A DNA stretch of 64,000 bases from a bacterium (GCA_037143195.1 JBAWZD010000001.1:208892-272891); one strand, 5' to 3'. Shown: positions 20,810 to 31,280, counted from the stretch's first letter. Numbers and translations: made by a program. Notes: generated by a model from the sequence alone, not told the origin.

Positions 20810-21334
20810 TTATTCTTGCTTCAATTCAATCGTAGCTTCGAGTGTAACATCTTCGCTTACAGCGACACCACCTGCCTCAAGTGCTGCATTCCAGTTTACA
20901 CCGAAATCAGTACGCTTGATTGTGCCACTGACGTCGAATGATACGACTTTCTTTCCGTATGCATCAACGACCGATCCATTCAAAATTGCGTTGATTGCAA
21001 TTTCCTTTGTTACGCCACGCATTGTGAAGTCACCAACGGCGGTAAATGTATTTTCGCCATTCTTTGTGAATGATTTTGAGACAAACATAACTTTTGGGTT
21101 GTTTGCTCCATCAAAGAAATCTGGTGACTGAAGGTGTGCGTCGCGCATTGCGTTGTTTGTCGTAATGCTTGCTGTATCTGCACTAAACGAAAGCTTTGCA
21201 TCAGAAAATGTCTCGTCTGTTGCAGTGAGCGCACCTTCGAAGGTTCCAAAGCGACCGCGAACGGTCGAGATAAGGAGATGCTTCACTGTAAAACCAACTT
21301 CTGAGTGCGCTGCGTCAATATGCCATGTATTCAT
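20810..21334 (-). CDS. YceI family polyisoprenoid-binding protein
   Basis: WHIDAAHSEVGF, RDAHLQSPDFF and RTDFGVNWN. Confidence 0.94.
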   Translation of the reverse strand: MNTWHIDAAHSEVGFTVKHLLISTVRGRFGTFEGALTATDETFSDAKLSFSADTASITTNNAMRDAHLQSPDFFDGANNPKVMFVSKSFTKNGENTFTAVGDFTMRGVTKEIAINAILNGSVVDAYGKKVVSFDVSGTIKRTDFGVNWNAALEAGGVAVSEDVTLEATIELKQE

Positions 21335-21385
21335 ACTAGCGAATATATAAAATTACTTCTTGTAAGACACCAAGTATACAGGAGG

Positions 21386-21404
21386 TGCTTTACAAAGTAA
21401 AGTA
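21386..21404. promoter_or_regulatory. Putative operator of the HxlR-family regulator
   Basis: TGCTTTAC-AAA-GTAAAGTA near-palindrome between the divergent YceI and HxlR genes, next to TGaTATACT. Confidence 0.5.
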
Positions 21405-21423
21405 TGATATACTCCCAAATCAT

Positions 21424-21720
21424 ATGAAAGACCACAGTAAAGCAAAATGTCCTATAGCAAAGGTCGCCTCCCTGCTCTCGGACACGTGGACAATGCTTAT
21501 TCTTCGCGATCTCATGAAGAGCGAGATGCGTTTTTCTGAGCTGCACGATTCGCTCACTGGTATCAGTACTCGCACGTTGTCACTCAAACTTCAAAAATTG
21601 GAAGCCGAAGGTATCATCACAAAACGCGAACCGCACTATTTGATTAGCGCAAAAGGAAAGAAACTCGCATCGATATTTGATGAAATGACGAAATACGGAA
21701 AGAAATATCTTGCCAAGTAA
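21424..21720 (+). CDS. HxlR-family winged-helix regulator
   Basis: CPI..., WTMLILRDL, RFSEL and ISTRTLS..L..LE..GII; has the N-terminal Cys. Confidence 0.9.
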   Translation: MKDHSKAKCPIAKVASLLSDTWTMLILRDLMKSEMRFSELHDSLTGISTRTLSLKLQKLEAEGIITKREPHYLISAKGKKLASIFDEMTKYGKKYLAK

Positions 21721-21724
21721 ATCG

Positions 21725-22333
21725 ATGCAAATTAAACTCGTTGTCGTTGATATTGGTGGAGTAGTATTCACAAAAGGTAAAACACTCTTTTGTGAATACT
21801 TGTCGAAAAAATATTCTATTCCATTAGCAAAGGTAACTGCAGTTATTGACGGTTACCATGCGATTCAGTATCGATGTAATGAAATTACCGAAAGCGAATA
21901 CTGGAGTACTGTACAAGCTGGGCTGCCTGAGGTGAAGCTCTCTTCTCGCGAACTTGAGCAAGTATGGTTTGAGTTGTACGGGTTGATCGATGGCATGTAC
22001 GAAATAATTCTACGATTACGTCCCCATGTTCTTGTCGGGTACTTGTCAAATAATACAAAAGAAAGAATCGCCTACCTCCAAAACAAATTCGGATTTATGG
22101 AATGGTTTGATGGCGGCGTTTTTTCATATGAAGTTGGTGTGGTTAAAAATTCAAATAAAATATACCAATGTCTCTTCGAAAAATTTCCGGGGGTTCGACC
22201 AAGTGAGATTGTCGTTATCGATGATAAAATGGAAAATCTATCGTTGCCTTCAAGCCTCGGCGTCAACTGCGTTCATTTCACGACAGTATCAAATTTAAAA
22301 CAATCTTTGCGCGATCTGGGTCTACCTGTATAA
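21725..22333 (+). CDS. HAD-IA family phosphatase
   Basis: VVDIGGV, LSN, FSYEVG..K and IDDK..N. Confidence 0.85.
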   Translation: MQIKLVVVDIGGVVFTKGKTLFCEYLSKKYSIPLAKVTAVIDGYHAIQYRCNEITESEYWSTVQAGLPEVKLSSRELEQVWFELYGLIDGMYEIILRLRPHVLVGYLSNNTKERIAYLQNKFGFMEWFDGGVFSYEVGVVKNSNKIYQCLFEKFPGVRPSEIVVIDDKMENLSLPSSLGVNCVHFTTVSNLKQSLRDLGLPV

Positions 22334-22379
22334 CGACAACATCCTTCATCAAGTAGTGTATATCGTATATACTGTCGGT

Positions 22380-23291
22380 ATGCAATCAATCTCGCTTCGC
22401 ATACGCATTATTTACGGGGGTATCGCGCTCGCTACGCTCGCGCTCATAGTCTACGGTATCTCTAGCTATCATCGAACGGTACGTGCACTCCAAGCGTCAA
22501 TCACAAAAGCAAACGCCGATCTGATCGAAAACAAGACAGCAACTGAAACAAAAATCAAAAGTTTGTCTGACTCACTTGCAGCACTCGAAACAACAAATTC
22601 ATTTTTGACTGACGCGCTCCTCTCAGAACAACAAAAAAATGCCCTCGTGACTGAACAAATCGGTGCCGTCACAAGCACGGTCGGTAATCTTGAAAAATTG
22701 AGTAAAACTGATCCCGAACTTCTCAAACAGTATTCAAAAGTATATTTTTTGAATGAACATTACGTGCCTGTCTCTCTTTCATACATCGATCCTCGATTTG
22801 CTGTTACACAAGCAAAAAATCTTCAAATTCATACGAACGTACTACCATATCTCACCAACCTACTCTCTGCTGCACAAAATTCGGGACTAACACTCGAAGT
22901 TGATTCCGCATATCGCTCATTTGGCACACAAGCACAACTCAAAGCAAAGTATCGCGTGACCTACGGCGCAGGTACGGCAAATTCATTCTCTGCGGAGCAG
23001 GGATATTCCGAGCATCAACTTGGTACGGCAGTTGATTTCACTACCCAAAAAATCGATGGTGCACTGTCTGGTTTTGAAAAAACACCTGAATACGCATGGC
23101 TTCAATCAAATGCATACCAATACGGATTCGTCATTTCCTACCCTGAGAATAATCCTTCGTATCAATTTGAACCATGGCATTGGAGATTCGTCGGAGTCAA
23201 ACTTGCGACGGAAATTCACAATCGAGGTACATACTTTTACGCGATGGATCAACGAGATATTGATACCTACCTCGCGAATATCTTCGATTAA
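22380..23291 (+). CDS. M15B D,D-carboxypeptidase (VanY-like) with TM and coiled coil
   Basis: SAYRS, SEHQLGTAVD and EPWHWRFVG. Confidence 0.92.
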   Translation: MQSISLRIRIIYGGIALATLALIVYGISSYHRTVRALQASITKANADLIENKTATETKIKSLSDSLAALETTNSFLTDALLSEQQKNALVTEQIGAVTSTVGNLEKLSKTDPELLKQYSKVYFLNEHYVPVSLSYIDPRFAVTQAKNLQIHTNVLPYLTNLLSAAQNSGLTLEVDSAYRSFGTQAQLKAKYRVTYGAGTANSFSAEQGYSEHQLGTAVDFTTQKIDGALSGFEKTPEYAWLQSNAYQYGFVISYPENNPSYQFEPWHWRFVGVKLATEIHNRGTYFYAMDQRDIDTYLANIFD

Positions 23292-23302
23292 AAAATTTCG
23301 GA

Positions 23303-24775
23303 TTACTTATCGAGATCGAGTGTATCGTCGATACGAATTTGTGCAAGGAATTCTGGAACGTGCGAAACAACAATCATCGCGCCTTGATATTGATCGAGTG
23401 CTTTTGCAATGATCGGAAGGTGGCGGAAGTTGATATGGTTTGTTGGCTCATCGAGAATGAGCAATCCTGGCTGTTCAAGTACGAGACTTGCGAATGCGAC
23501 GAGCCCCTTCTGTCCTTCAGACAGCGCTCCAATTTTCGTATTCATGATTTCGCCCGTAATAAGGAATCCTGCAGCAACTGAACGCATGCGTTCTTCTTCG
23601 AAACGTCCGGTGATACGCATGACGACATTTTTGAGTGCTTGAAATGGCGTCTCTTCAAAGTTGAGTGTTCCGAAATCTTGACGGTAATACCCAACGCGCA
23701 CGCCACTTTGAATCGTGACACCTTTGGCTGTGCCACGTGCGATGCTTTCGAGGAGCGTCGTCTTCCCTATTCCGTTTGGCCCTTTGAGAAGCAAATGTTG
23801 ATTGCGTTTGAGGGAGGCAGAAATTTTGCGCTCGACTGGCTTGTGATTCTTCATCATCGAGAGTGATGTAATAGAAATGATTTCACCGATCAAGTCAGGT
23901 TGATGTGGAATCGTAAAAGCTTTGATGGTCTTGTCCTCCTTGCGGACGTCAACCATTTCTTCCTCGAGATCCTCTGCGAGTTCCTTCATGCGTTTTGCGA
24001 CGAGACGCAAACGACCTCCTTTGTGAGCAAATTCGTTCGATTTATCTTTCTTAGCTTGGATTTGTTTTGCGAGTTGAGCATTCTTCATGTTCTCGCGTTC
24101 TACTCGTGCCGTAATATCTTTCAACACGTTGTTGTAGTTTCCAACATAGTACTCAACTTTGCGTGTATAAATATCAAGATACAAGACTGCATCAGTAAAC
24201 GCATTCAAGAATTCTGCATCGTGGGAAATAACGACAACAGTCTTTTTGTATTCGATCAAAAACTTTGTCAGGTGCTCGATACCAGCTTTGTCGAGGTTGT
24301 TTGTTGGCTCATCGAGCAACAAAATATCAGGATCGGTAATGAGTGCAGATGCGAGCAAGAGACGTGCCTGTTGACCTCCAGAAAATGTTTTGATGATTCG
24401 GTCGTGTACTTTTTCGTGCCCCTTCAAATTGACGATCTCAAGTGCGTCGTCGATTTTAGGATCGATGTCATACACCTTTTGCTTAAATTGTTTTTGGAAA
24501 AATTCACGTACCGTCAAATCCATTTCGGTACGAGGAATGACCTGACGACTTGTAGCAATCGTAACGCCGTCACCGATAATGATCGAACCATTCTCAGGCT
24601 CATTTGTGCCGTTAATCAGCCCGAAAATGGTACTTTTGCCGGCACCGTTTTGTCCCATGAGCGTAATTTTTGCGCCACGACGGATACCAAAACTGACCGT
24701 GTCGAGGATCGGCTTGTTGTGACCATATTCAAATGACACCTCTTCAAATCGGAGGATAGATTCGTTTTTTGACAT
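23303..24775 (-). CDS. ABC-F family ATPase
   Basis: Two NBDs (GQNGAGKS, GPNGIGKT), LLLDEPTN/LILDEPTN, no TM. Confidence 0.93.
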   Translation of the reverse strand: MSKNESILRFEEVSFEYGHNKPILDTVSFGIRRGAKITLMGQNGAGKSTIFGLINGTNEPENGSIIIGDGVTIATSRQVIPRTEMDLTVREFFQKQFKQKVYDIDPKIDDALEIVNLKGHEKVHDRIIKTFSGGQQARLLLASALITDPDILLLDEPTNNLDKAGIEHLTKFLIEYKKTVVVISHDAEFLNAFTDAVLYLDIYTRKVEYYVGNYNNVLKDITARVERENMKNAQLAKQIQAKKDKSNEFAHKGGRLRLVAKRMKELAEDLEEEMVDVRKEDKTIKAFTIPHQPDLIGEIISITSLSMMKNHKPVERKISASLKRNQHLLLKGPNGIGKTTLLESIARGTAKGVTIQSGVRVGYYRQDFGTLNFEETPFQALKNVVMRITGRFEEERMRSVAAGFLITGEIMNTKIGALSEGQKGLVAFASLVLEQPGLLILDEPTNHINFRHLPIIAKALDQYQGAMIVVSHVPEFLAQIRIDDTLDLDK

Positions 24776-24814
24776 TGCTTTGACAGAATACCTTAAAAAT
24801 GCCCAAAAAGAAAG

Positions 24815-26104
24815 CTAAAATGCCGTTTTGTAGCTTTTTGGGAGGTAAAGCATCGGATCGAGATATGCGTTCGTTGCTGCTGTCGGGATTGTGATTGTTT
24901 TGCCTGGACAGGCCTTGCTTGGGAAACTGTGGATAGCGACACCGTCGTTTGGAAAGACTGATACGTGGAGATGTGGCCCCGTAGCGTAGCCAGTCGCCCC
25001 GCTATAGGCCACAACATCTCCAGGAAGTACGCGAGTACCACTTGCCGCTTTTACAAGCGATAGATGACCGTATACGCTCGAGAGACCATTGTCATATTTG
25101 ATGAAGACCCAATTGCCGTACGATGCTCCAGGGCAGGCAGTGTCGGTATTTCCTGAGCCAATAACCGTCCCGATTGCCATGGCTTTGACGGGCGTGCCGA
25201 CTGGCGCTCCGAAGTCGACGCCGTTGTGCGAACCACTCACATATAATCGAGCCGCAGAGACAGTTCGACCAAACAGTTGAGTGATGATTACTTTGTCGAG
25301 TGGCCATATGAATGTGGTCGATCCAGACGAAGGCAACAAACTTGGATTCAAAACATACTTCAGTTTTGATTCATAGTCATGCAAGTCGCTTTCCATTTGT
25401 GTTTTCAGTACGAGCTTCTGCGCGACAATTTTTTGATAGTTTGTTTCTTGATTTTTTGTAAGTTTGAGCAGCGCGTTTTTTTGTGACTGTGTTTTGGTAT
25501 TGATAGCCTTCTGGTCCTGAAGCTGAGCTTCAAGTGAGAGGAGTACATTCTTGGCTTTTTGTACTTCGGTCTGATGATTTACCAAGGCGTTTTTGGTCGT
25601 CGAGAGCTGACCTGTGCGCTCTCTGATGCCAGTTCGAAAGGCCGAGCGTGCCTCATTGTAATGCCACAACGCCGAAAAACTTTGTTTGGAAATGAGTGAC
25701 TGAATCACTGAATTCTTGTCATCGATTTGCATTTCATGCAAACTTTTTGCAAGCGCAATTTTCAAATCGACAATGTTGTCCCCTGTTTTTTGAATCGATG
25801 ACCCGAGCGACTCTAGCGTCAAATTTTCCGCTGCAATTTTGCCTTCGGTCACTTTGATATCAGCGTTCAATTTTTTGGACTCAAGGTTGAGTGTCTGAAT
25901 TGTGTTTGCGAGCGTATTTTTATTTTTGCCGAGCAATGTGAGTTGTTGCTGGTATCCCGCGATTTCTTTTTCAAGATTACTAATTGCTGTATTTTGATCG
26001 GCGATCTTGTTCGTCAGATCACTCGCCGTATCAGCACGTACAAAAAAAGGCGTACATGCAATGAGTATTACTAGAAGTGCAATCTGCTTTGACGCCATTC
26101 GCAT
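24815..26104 (-). CDS. Coiled-coil M23 peptidoglycan endopeptidase
   Basis: Signal peptide, long coiled coil, HNGVD and TGPHLH. Confidence 0.92.
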   Translation of the reverse strand: MRMASKQIALLVILIACTPFFVRADTASDLTNKIADQNTAISNLEKEIAGYQQQLTLLGKNKNTLANTIQTLNLESKKLNADIKVTEGKIAAENLTLESLGSSIQKTGDNIVDLKIALAKSLHEMQIDDKNSVIQSLISKQSFSALWHYNEARSAFRTGIRERTGQLSTTKNALVNHQTEVQKAKNVLLSLEAQLQDQKAINTKTQSQKNALLKLTKNQETNYQKIVAQKLVLKTQMESDLHDYESKLKYVLNPSLLPSSGSTTFIWPLDKVIITQLFGRTVSAARLYVSGSHNGVDFGAPVGTPVKAMAIGTVIGSGNTDTACPGASYGNWVFIKYDNGLSSVYGHLSLVKAASGTRVLPGDVVAYSGATGYATGPHLHVSVFPNDGVAIHSFPSKACPGKTITIPTAATNAYLDPMLYLPKSYKTAF

Positions 26105-26130
26105 GTACCTATTGTATCAGACGAATGTGT

Positions 26131-27489
26131 TTACGCTAAAATCGCGAGCGCGTTTTCGATACGAATGAGTGTCTCTCCTTTACCAGTCGAGCTTGCAATC
26201 GTAAATGGGTCGGGTGATTTTTCGAGTCCGGACAGCGAATAACGAAGTGGATGAAGCGCAGGGCCACGTTTTGGAAGTGAATCCGCGTATGCCATTACGG
26301 CTTCTTTGATCGTGTCGATCGTCCATGAAGACTCTGGGATATTCGTGAGGAGAGAATGCGCTTGTTTCAAGTGTGTTCGAGCTTCGTCTACTGTCGAACC
26401 TTTGAACAGGAGTGACTCTCTGACGAGCGTCGGTGTCTCAAAGAAAAATGTGAGCTCACCATTGTCACCCATCGTGCGAACATCGCCAAATTTCTCGATG
26501 CGCTCGATGATATTCGGTACAAGCGTGCGCATTTTCTCTTCTGTATAGTGAGGCAATTGTGTTACTGACTCGGGAAGGAACTCAAACACTTTTTGCTCTT
26601 GCTCAGTCTTTGACAAAAGCTTCATGTGTTCTTTGTTGATCCAATTGAGTTTGTCGAGGTTGAAGACGCCAGGGCTTTTTTGTACTCGTTCGAGACTAAA
26701 TGCTTCGACAAGACCTTTGAGTGTAAATATCTCTTGTTCAGTACCAGGGTTCCAACCGATCAATGCCATAAAGTTGATGAGTGCTTCAGGCAAATAGCCA
26801 TTCTTCCGATACGTCGAAACAGCAACGCTTTCGCCGTGTTTGCGCTTGGAAAGCTTTTGTTTGTCTGGAGCAAGAATGAGTGGAATATGTGCGAACGCTG
26901 GGACTGGTTTGTCGAGTGCCTTATAAAGCAAAATTTGGCGAGGTGTATTTGGCACATGATCTTGTCCGCGAATAACGTGTGTGATGTTTGCATTGCAATC
27001 GTCGACGACAACGGCAAAATTGTAGAGTGGTGTATCGAAATCTTTGGCGATGACGAAGTCGCCAAGATCGCTCGTGTCGACAGTGACATCTCCCAAAATC
27101 AAATCGTGGAATGTGACGGTCTCCGACTTATTGCGAAAGCGAATCACTTCACGCATTTCTCCGGCATTTTCTTTTGACTCCTCTTTTGAAATGTATGCCT
27201 TGTCTTCGTCGATGAGTTTTTGGAGATATATTTTGTGTTCAGAAAGATGCTCGCTCTGGCGAAAGAATGCATCGTGCTCAATCCCGAGCCATTTGAGTGA
27301 CTCGAGGATATCGTCCTCGTATTCTTTCTTCGATCGAATTTTGTCTGTGTCCTCAATTCGAAGGAGGTATTGCCCGTTGTTTTTGCGGGCGTAGAGGTAG
27401 CAAAAAAGAGCCGTGCGGAGCGTTCCCATATGGAAGAATCCGGTTGGTGACGGTGCTATGCGGGTGATGACGTGTTCGTTCGTAGACAT
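26131..27489 (-). CDS. gltX: Glutamyl-tRNA synthetase
   Basis: RIAPSPTG.FHMG, LRIEDTD and KLSKR; start corrected to MSTNEH. Confidence 0.96.
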   Translation of the reverse strand: MSTNEHVITRIAPSPTGFFHMGTLRTALFCYLYARKNNGQYLLRIEDTDKIRSKKEYEDDILESLKWLGIEHDAFFRQSEHLSEHKIYLQKLIDEDKAYISKEESKENAGEMREVIRFRNKSETVTFHDLILGDVTVDTSDLGDFVIAKDFDTPLYNFAVVVDDCNANITHVIRGQDHVPNTPRQILLYKALDKPVPAFAHIPLILAPDKQKLSKRKHGESVAVSTYRKNGYLPEALINFMALIGWNPGTEQEIFTLKGLVEAFSLERVQKSPGVFNLDKLNWINKEHMKLLSKTEQEQKVFEFLPESVTQLPHYTEEKMRTLVPNIIERIEKFGDVRTMGDNGELTFFFETPTLVRESLLFKGSTVDEARTHLKQAHSLLTNIPESSWTIDTIKEAVMAYADSLPKRGPALHPLRYSLSGLEKSPDPFTIASSTGKGETLIRIENALAILA

Positions 27490-27518
27490 GTCTAGGAGTC
27501 TAGCAAAGTATTGGGAAT

Positions 27519-27560
27519 AAAAAAAGCACATCAGTATCGTTGGTACGAATCCTGATGTGC
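27519..27560 (-). terminator. Terminator of the ORFan at 27566-27856
   Basis: gcacatcag...ctgatgtgc followed by T7 on the minus strand. Confidence 0.75.
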
Positions 27561-27565
27561 CGTTA

Positions 27566-27856
27566 CTATTCACCCTCTTCAATTTCATATTCGACGACAG
27601 TGCCCCTCTCGTTGCTTTTGTCGTACTCAACACCTCCAGAGTACCCAACGGTACTGTGGTCGTGCTCGCCATCGTGGTGAACCTCACCACTTCGGTTCAC
27701 CTTTTGGGTCCCAAAACACTCATGGACCCAATCAGCGAACCCTTCTTTGTGGGTTCCGCCTGTGAAATTACTGCAGTACGCTAGAAGTATTATTACTACA
27801 ATAATTCCAAGCACAACTACTGTGGCGGTTGTGTCGCTCATGTGTATGTCAAACAT
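27566..27856 (-). CDS. Small single-pass membrane hypothetical protein
   Basis: TM VVVLGIIVVIILLAY plus a His/Glu-rich tail; flanked by a consensus promoter and a terminator. Confidence 0.65.
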   Translation of the reverse strand: MFDIHMSDTTATVVVLGIIVVIILLAYCSNFTGGTHKEGFADWVHECFGTQKVNRSGEVHHDGEHDHSTVGYSGGVEYDKSNERGTVVEYEIEEGE

Positions 27857-27875
27857 TGTATATATATTTTTTTAT

Positions 27876-27904
27876 ATTATACTACTTTATATATAAAAAG
27901 TCAA
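27876..27904 (-). promoter_or_regulatory. Near-consensus sigma70 promoter
   Basis: TTGACT-17nt-TATAAT on the minus strand. Confidence 0.7.
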
Positions 27905-27945
27905 TAGCAAGCAAAAGCCTGCATGTATAGGTATATTTGAGTCGG

Positions 27946-29076
27946 TTACCCAATATGCTCGAGAGCAATATCGACGAGGAGACGAGCGATTTTGTGTGCT
28001 GCAAGCGGAGTGGAAAATGCTTTCGCACAGGCAGCCATATTGCGACGGCGAATGTCATCTTCGAAAAATCGATTTACTTCGCCAACAAGAATAGCTGGTG
28101 AAAGATTCCCTTCTTCGATTACCGTTGCTGCACCATGACGCGCGTAGTTGAACGCATTCTTTTTCTGATGGTCGTCTTGCGAAACAGTGATCGGAATCAA
28201 GATAGAGGCGAGACCCCATGATGCAATTTCAAAAATAGTTGACCCTGCTCGTGAAATGACAAGATTGCTTGCCCCCGCAGACATTTTCATGGCAAGTGGA
28301 TCGAGGAATGCGAATGGTCGATAGCGACTTTCGTAGAGTTCAGGATTGTTGATCATAAATTTTGCGCGTGATTCTACCTCGGCAAAATTCTTGATTCCTG
28401 TTTGATGAATCACTTGATAGTTTTTGAGAAGTTGTGGAAGCGAATCAATAACAATATTATTGATTGCTTCTGCGCCAAGTGAACCACCGAGGATGAGGAT
28501 TGTTGGAATCGTTGGGTCAAGTTTGAGGAACGACGTTGCTCCTTCGGGCTTTCGCTCAATCAAATCGCGCCGAATAGGCTGACCTGTGAGCGCGACACGA
28601 TCCTTGGGGAAATAGTCACTTGCCTCATCATACGAAACTGCGATTTTTTGAGCGAATCGTCCGGCCCATTTGTTGACGCGTCCAGGTACGGAATCTGATT
28701 CATGAATCACGACAGGTATGCCAAGGATGCGCGCTGCGAGAAGCACCGGGAAACTCGCGTACCCACCTTTTCCAAACACAACATCAGGGTACAAGAAAAA
28801 GAGCGAGCCAAGAGCCTGAAGAACGCCGAAACCAGTTTTAAAAAGATCAATGAAATTTTGGAAGCTTGAGTATAGACGGCGCTTGCCAGCTGAAATCGAT
28901 TCGTAGCGAATACCATTTTCAAAAAGGTCTTCTTTGTTGTACGGTGCGTCGGAGTAATAGTACAGTTCAAGATCAAGAATTTTTTCCTTATCAACAATAT
29001 CGTGCACCGCTTCTGCGACTGCAATAATCGGATAAAAATGTCCTCCTGATCCTCCACCGGTGAATACGATTTTCAT
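27946..29076 (-). CDS. murG: Lipid II GlcNAc transferase
   Basis: GGGSGGH, KGGYAS, HES, GGSLGA and HQKKNA. Confidence 0.96.
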   Translation of the reverse strand: MKIVFTGGGSGGHFYPIIAVAEAVHDIVDKEKILDLELYYYSDAPYNKEDLFENGIRYESISAGKRRLYSSFQNFIDLFKTGFGVLQALGSLFFLYPDVVFGKGGYASFPVLLAARILGIPVVIHESDSVPGRVNKWAGRFAQKIAVSYDEASDYFPKDRVALTGQPIRRDLIERKPEGATSFLKLDPTIPTILILGGSLGAEAINNIVIDSLPQLLKNYQVIHQTGIKNFAEVESRAKFMINNPELYESRYRPFAFLDPLAMKMSAGASNLVISRAGSTIFEIASWGLASILIPITVSQDDHQKKNAFNYARHGAATVIEEGNLSPAILVGEVNRFFEDDIRRRNMAACAKAFSTPLAAHKIARLLVDIALEHIG

Positions 29077-29081
29077 AATGA

Positions 29082-30185
29082 TTATACTTTACGTTCTTTT
29101 GAAATTTGTAGAATGATTCCAACTGTTGCAAGTGAGAGAAGGAGTGACGTTCCACCTTGGCTCATGAATACAAGAGGAACGCCAGTGAGCGGAAACAATC
29201 CAACAATCGAGGCAACATTCATAAATGCCTGTAACGATATGATTATAACAAGTCCAGAAGCAAACAGTCCACTAAATGCGTCAGGTGCTCGTCGAGCAAT
29301 CCAAAGTCCGCGCATCGCAAAAAGAATGTACAGCAGGATAATAATCGCGCTTCCGATAAAACCAAACTCTTCACCGATTACCGCGAAAATTGAGTCCCCT
29401 TGTGGTTCTGGAAGATAATTGAATTTCTGAATACTTTGCCCAAAACCTCTTCCACCAACACCACCAGACCCTATCGCAATAAGCGACTGCTGCAATTGGT
29501 ATGACGAACCGGTTGGGTCGCTTGCGGGATTCATAAAAGTAGCAACGCGTTGTCTAAGGTACGGAGTATGGAATGCGAGTGCGATAAACACCACGGCAAC
29601 GACTCCACCGAGTGCGAGGAGATGTTTCCACGGAGTGCCAGAAAGGAAAAGCATTGCGAGACCAGTCGCGCTCATCAGAATGAGACTCTTTGTGTCAGGT
29701 TGAAACAACAGGACGCTTGCGATAATACCGAGCACGATGACGAGTGGCAGGACACCATACAGAGGACTCTCTACTTTCTTTTTGGCCCACGAGAGCCATG
29801 CAGCGAGATAGGTAATGAATCCAATTTTCAAAAACTCTACAGGTTGAAACGAAACACCAAATATAGAAATCCAGCGTCGAGCACCTCCGTGTGCAAATCC
29901 GAGGTGCGGTACATACACGAGCGATGTAAGAATGATTGATCCTATGAGCAACTTCCCTGCGTGTTTGCGCCAAAACAAGTATGGAATTTTGATGCAAGCA
30001 TAAAGCGCTGCCACTCCACCGACTAGGCCAAGGATGATCTGGGAAATGAGTATTTTATAGAAAACAGATTCACTACGAGCAAGTACTCCGAGTGACGCAG
30101 AGAAAAATGAAAAAATTCCCGCGATGATGAGGATCAACGCAATCGTCAAAAAAATGTAATCAATTGTTTTCTTTGCTTGAGCCAT
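29082..30185 (-). CDS. ftsW: SEDS peptidoglycan polymerase FtsW
   Basis: GARRWI, QPVEFLK, LPEPQGDSIF, EEFG and PLTGVPL; murG-mraY context. Confidence 0.9.
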   Translation of the reverse strand: MAQAKKTIDYIFLTIALILIIAGIFSFFSASLGVLARSESVFYKILISQIILGLVGGVAALYACIKIPYLFWRKHAGKLLIGSIILTSLVYVPHLGFAHGGARRWISIFGVSFQPVEFLKIGFITYLAAWLSWAKKKVESPLYGVLPLVIVLGIIASVLLFQPDTKSLILMSATGLAMLFLSGTPWKHLLALGGVVAVVFIALAFHTPYLRQRVATFMNPASDPTGSSYQLQQSLIAIGSGGVGGRGFGQSIQKFNYLPEPQGDSIFAVIGEEFGFIGSAIIILLYILFAMRGLWIARRAPDAFSGLFASGLVIIISLQAFMNVASIVGLFPLTGVPLVFMSQGGTSLLLSLATVGIILQISKERKV

Positions 30186-30188
30186 GAG

Positions 30189-31280
30189 CTATGAGACGAG
30201 TGCGAGCACAATACCGAGCACTGCGCACAGCACTGCAAAAATCCAGTACCGCATGGTGACTTTTGCTGCTGGCCATCCACGAGCGAGAAAATGGTTGTGG
30301 AGTGGTGCGACCAAGAACACTTTTTTGCCATGGCGGAATCGTTTCGAGAGTAATTGAATAAGCACTGAAACAATCGTAAGAACGAGTGGAAGCGCGATCA
30401 CTGGAAGAAGGAGCACTTGTTTTGTAAGGAATGCGACAACGGTCAGTGTTGTGGTGAGCGCGACAGTTCCTGTCTCAGAGAGGAAAAAACGTGCGGGTGG
30501 AATGTTAAACCAAAGAAATACGAGTAGTCCCCCGACGACAACCATCGAGAATGCGGCAAGGTCGACTTGTCCTTGTGCATACGCGATGACAGCATATGCA
30601 GAAAACATGACCATAAAGACACCACCAGCTAGTCCGTCGACTCCATCGATGATACCTCCTGCGTACATCGAGAGCATGGTAAAAATAAAGAACGGTATAA
30701 AAAAGAATCCCAAATGCAAAAATCCACCGAACGGAATATCGATACCAGAAACGCCAAGCTTAAAATAAAACCACAGTGCTCCAATGAGCGACAGGAGAAA
30801 TACTGATACCAGACGGATTGTGAGTGACAATCCTCCTCCGACTGCCTTTCCTTTACCACCAACAACAAGCACATCGTCAATCATTCCGACGATTGCACCG
30901 GACATAAGTGTAAACAATGGAAGCCATGTTTGGTTGCGAGATAGATACGAAAGTTTTACTGCGTTTTGTGACGGGATGAGCATCGCGACAACGGCGAGCA
31001 ACATTGTCGTCAAAAGCACGCTCATCCAGACGATGATTCCACCCATACGAGGTGTTTTTCGATTTTCATCGTTGTGCAGCTTGTTTGAGATTGTCGCGTC
31101 CTTGCCGTCAATCGTTTTTGTAACACTCGTTTTTTTCCAGAGTTTCCATTCGTACAAAAAATGAGTCACGAGCGGAGTAATTCCCATTCCGATGATGAAG
31201 GCAATGACAGTCGGAATAAAAATTTTTACCGCGTCGTTCACTGTTGCGTGTGATTGAATGATTGTTGCAGTCGTTTGCAT
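30189..31280 (-). CDS. mraY: Phospho-N-acetylmuramoyl-pentapeptide transferase
   Basis: TPRMGG, GMIDD, DGVDGLAGG, FNIPPARFF and APLHNHF. Confidence 0.95.
   Translation of the reverse strand: MQTTATIIQSHATVNDAVKIFIPTVIAFIIGMGITPLVTHFLYEWKLWKKTSVTKTIDGKDATISNKLHNDENRKTPRMGGIIVWMSVLLTTMLLAVVAMLIPSQNAVKLSYLSRNQTWLPLFTLMSGAIVGMIDDVLVVGGKGKAVGGGLSLTIRLVSVFLLSLIGALWFYFKLGVSGIDIPFGGFLHLGFFFIPFFIFTMLSMYAGGIIDGVDGLAGGVFMVMFSAYAVIAYAQGQVDLAAFSMVVVGGLLVFLWFNIPPARFFLSETGTVALTTTLTVVAFLTKQVLLLPVIALPLVLTIVSVLIQLLSKRFRHGKKVFLVAPLHNHFLARGWPAAKVTMRYWIFAVLCAVLGIVLALVS

Noticed and set aside
23900-24736. 278-aa antisense ORF (likewise 6103-6816, 9712-10368, 12350-13069)
   Set aside because: These are shadow ORFs opposite well-supported genes and show no motifs.
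27490-27690. N-terminal extension of gltX (519 aa)
   Set aside because: It overlaps another ORF and its terminator; a -10 box precedes the ATG at 27489.
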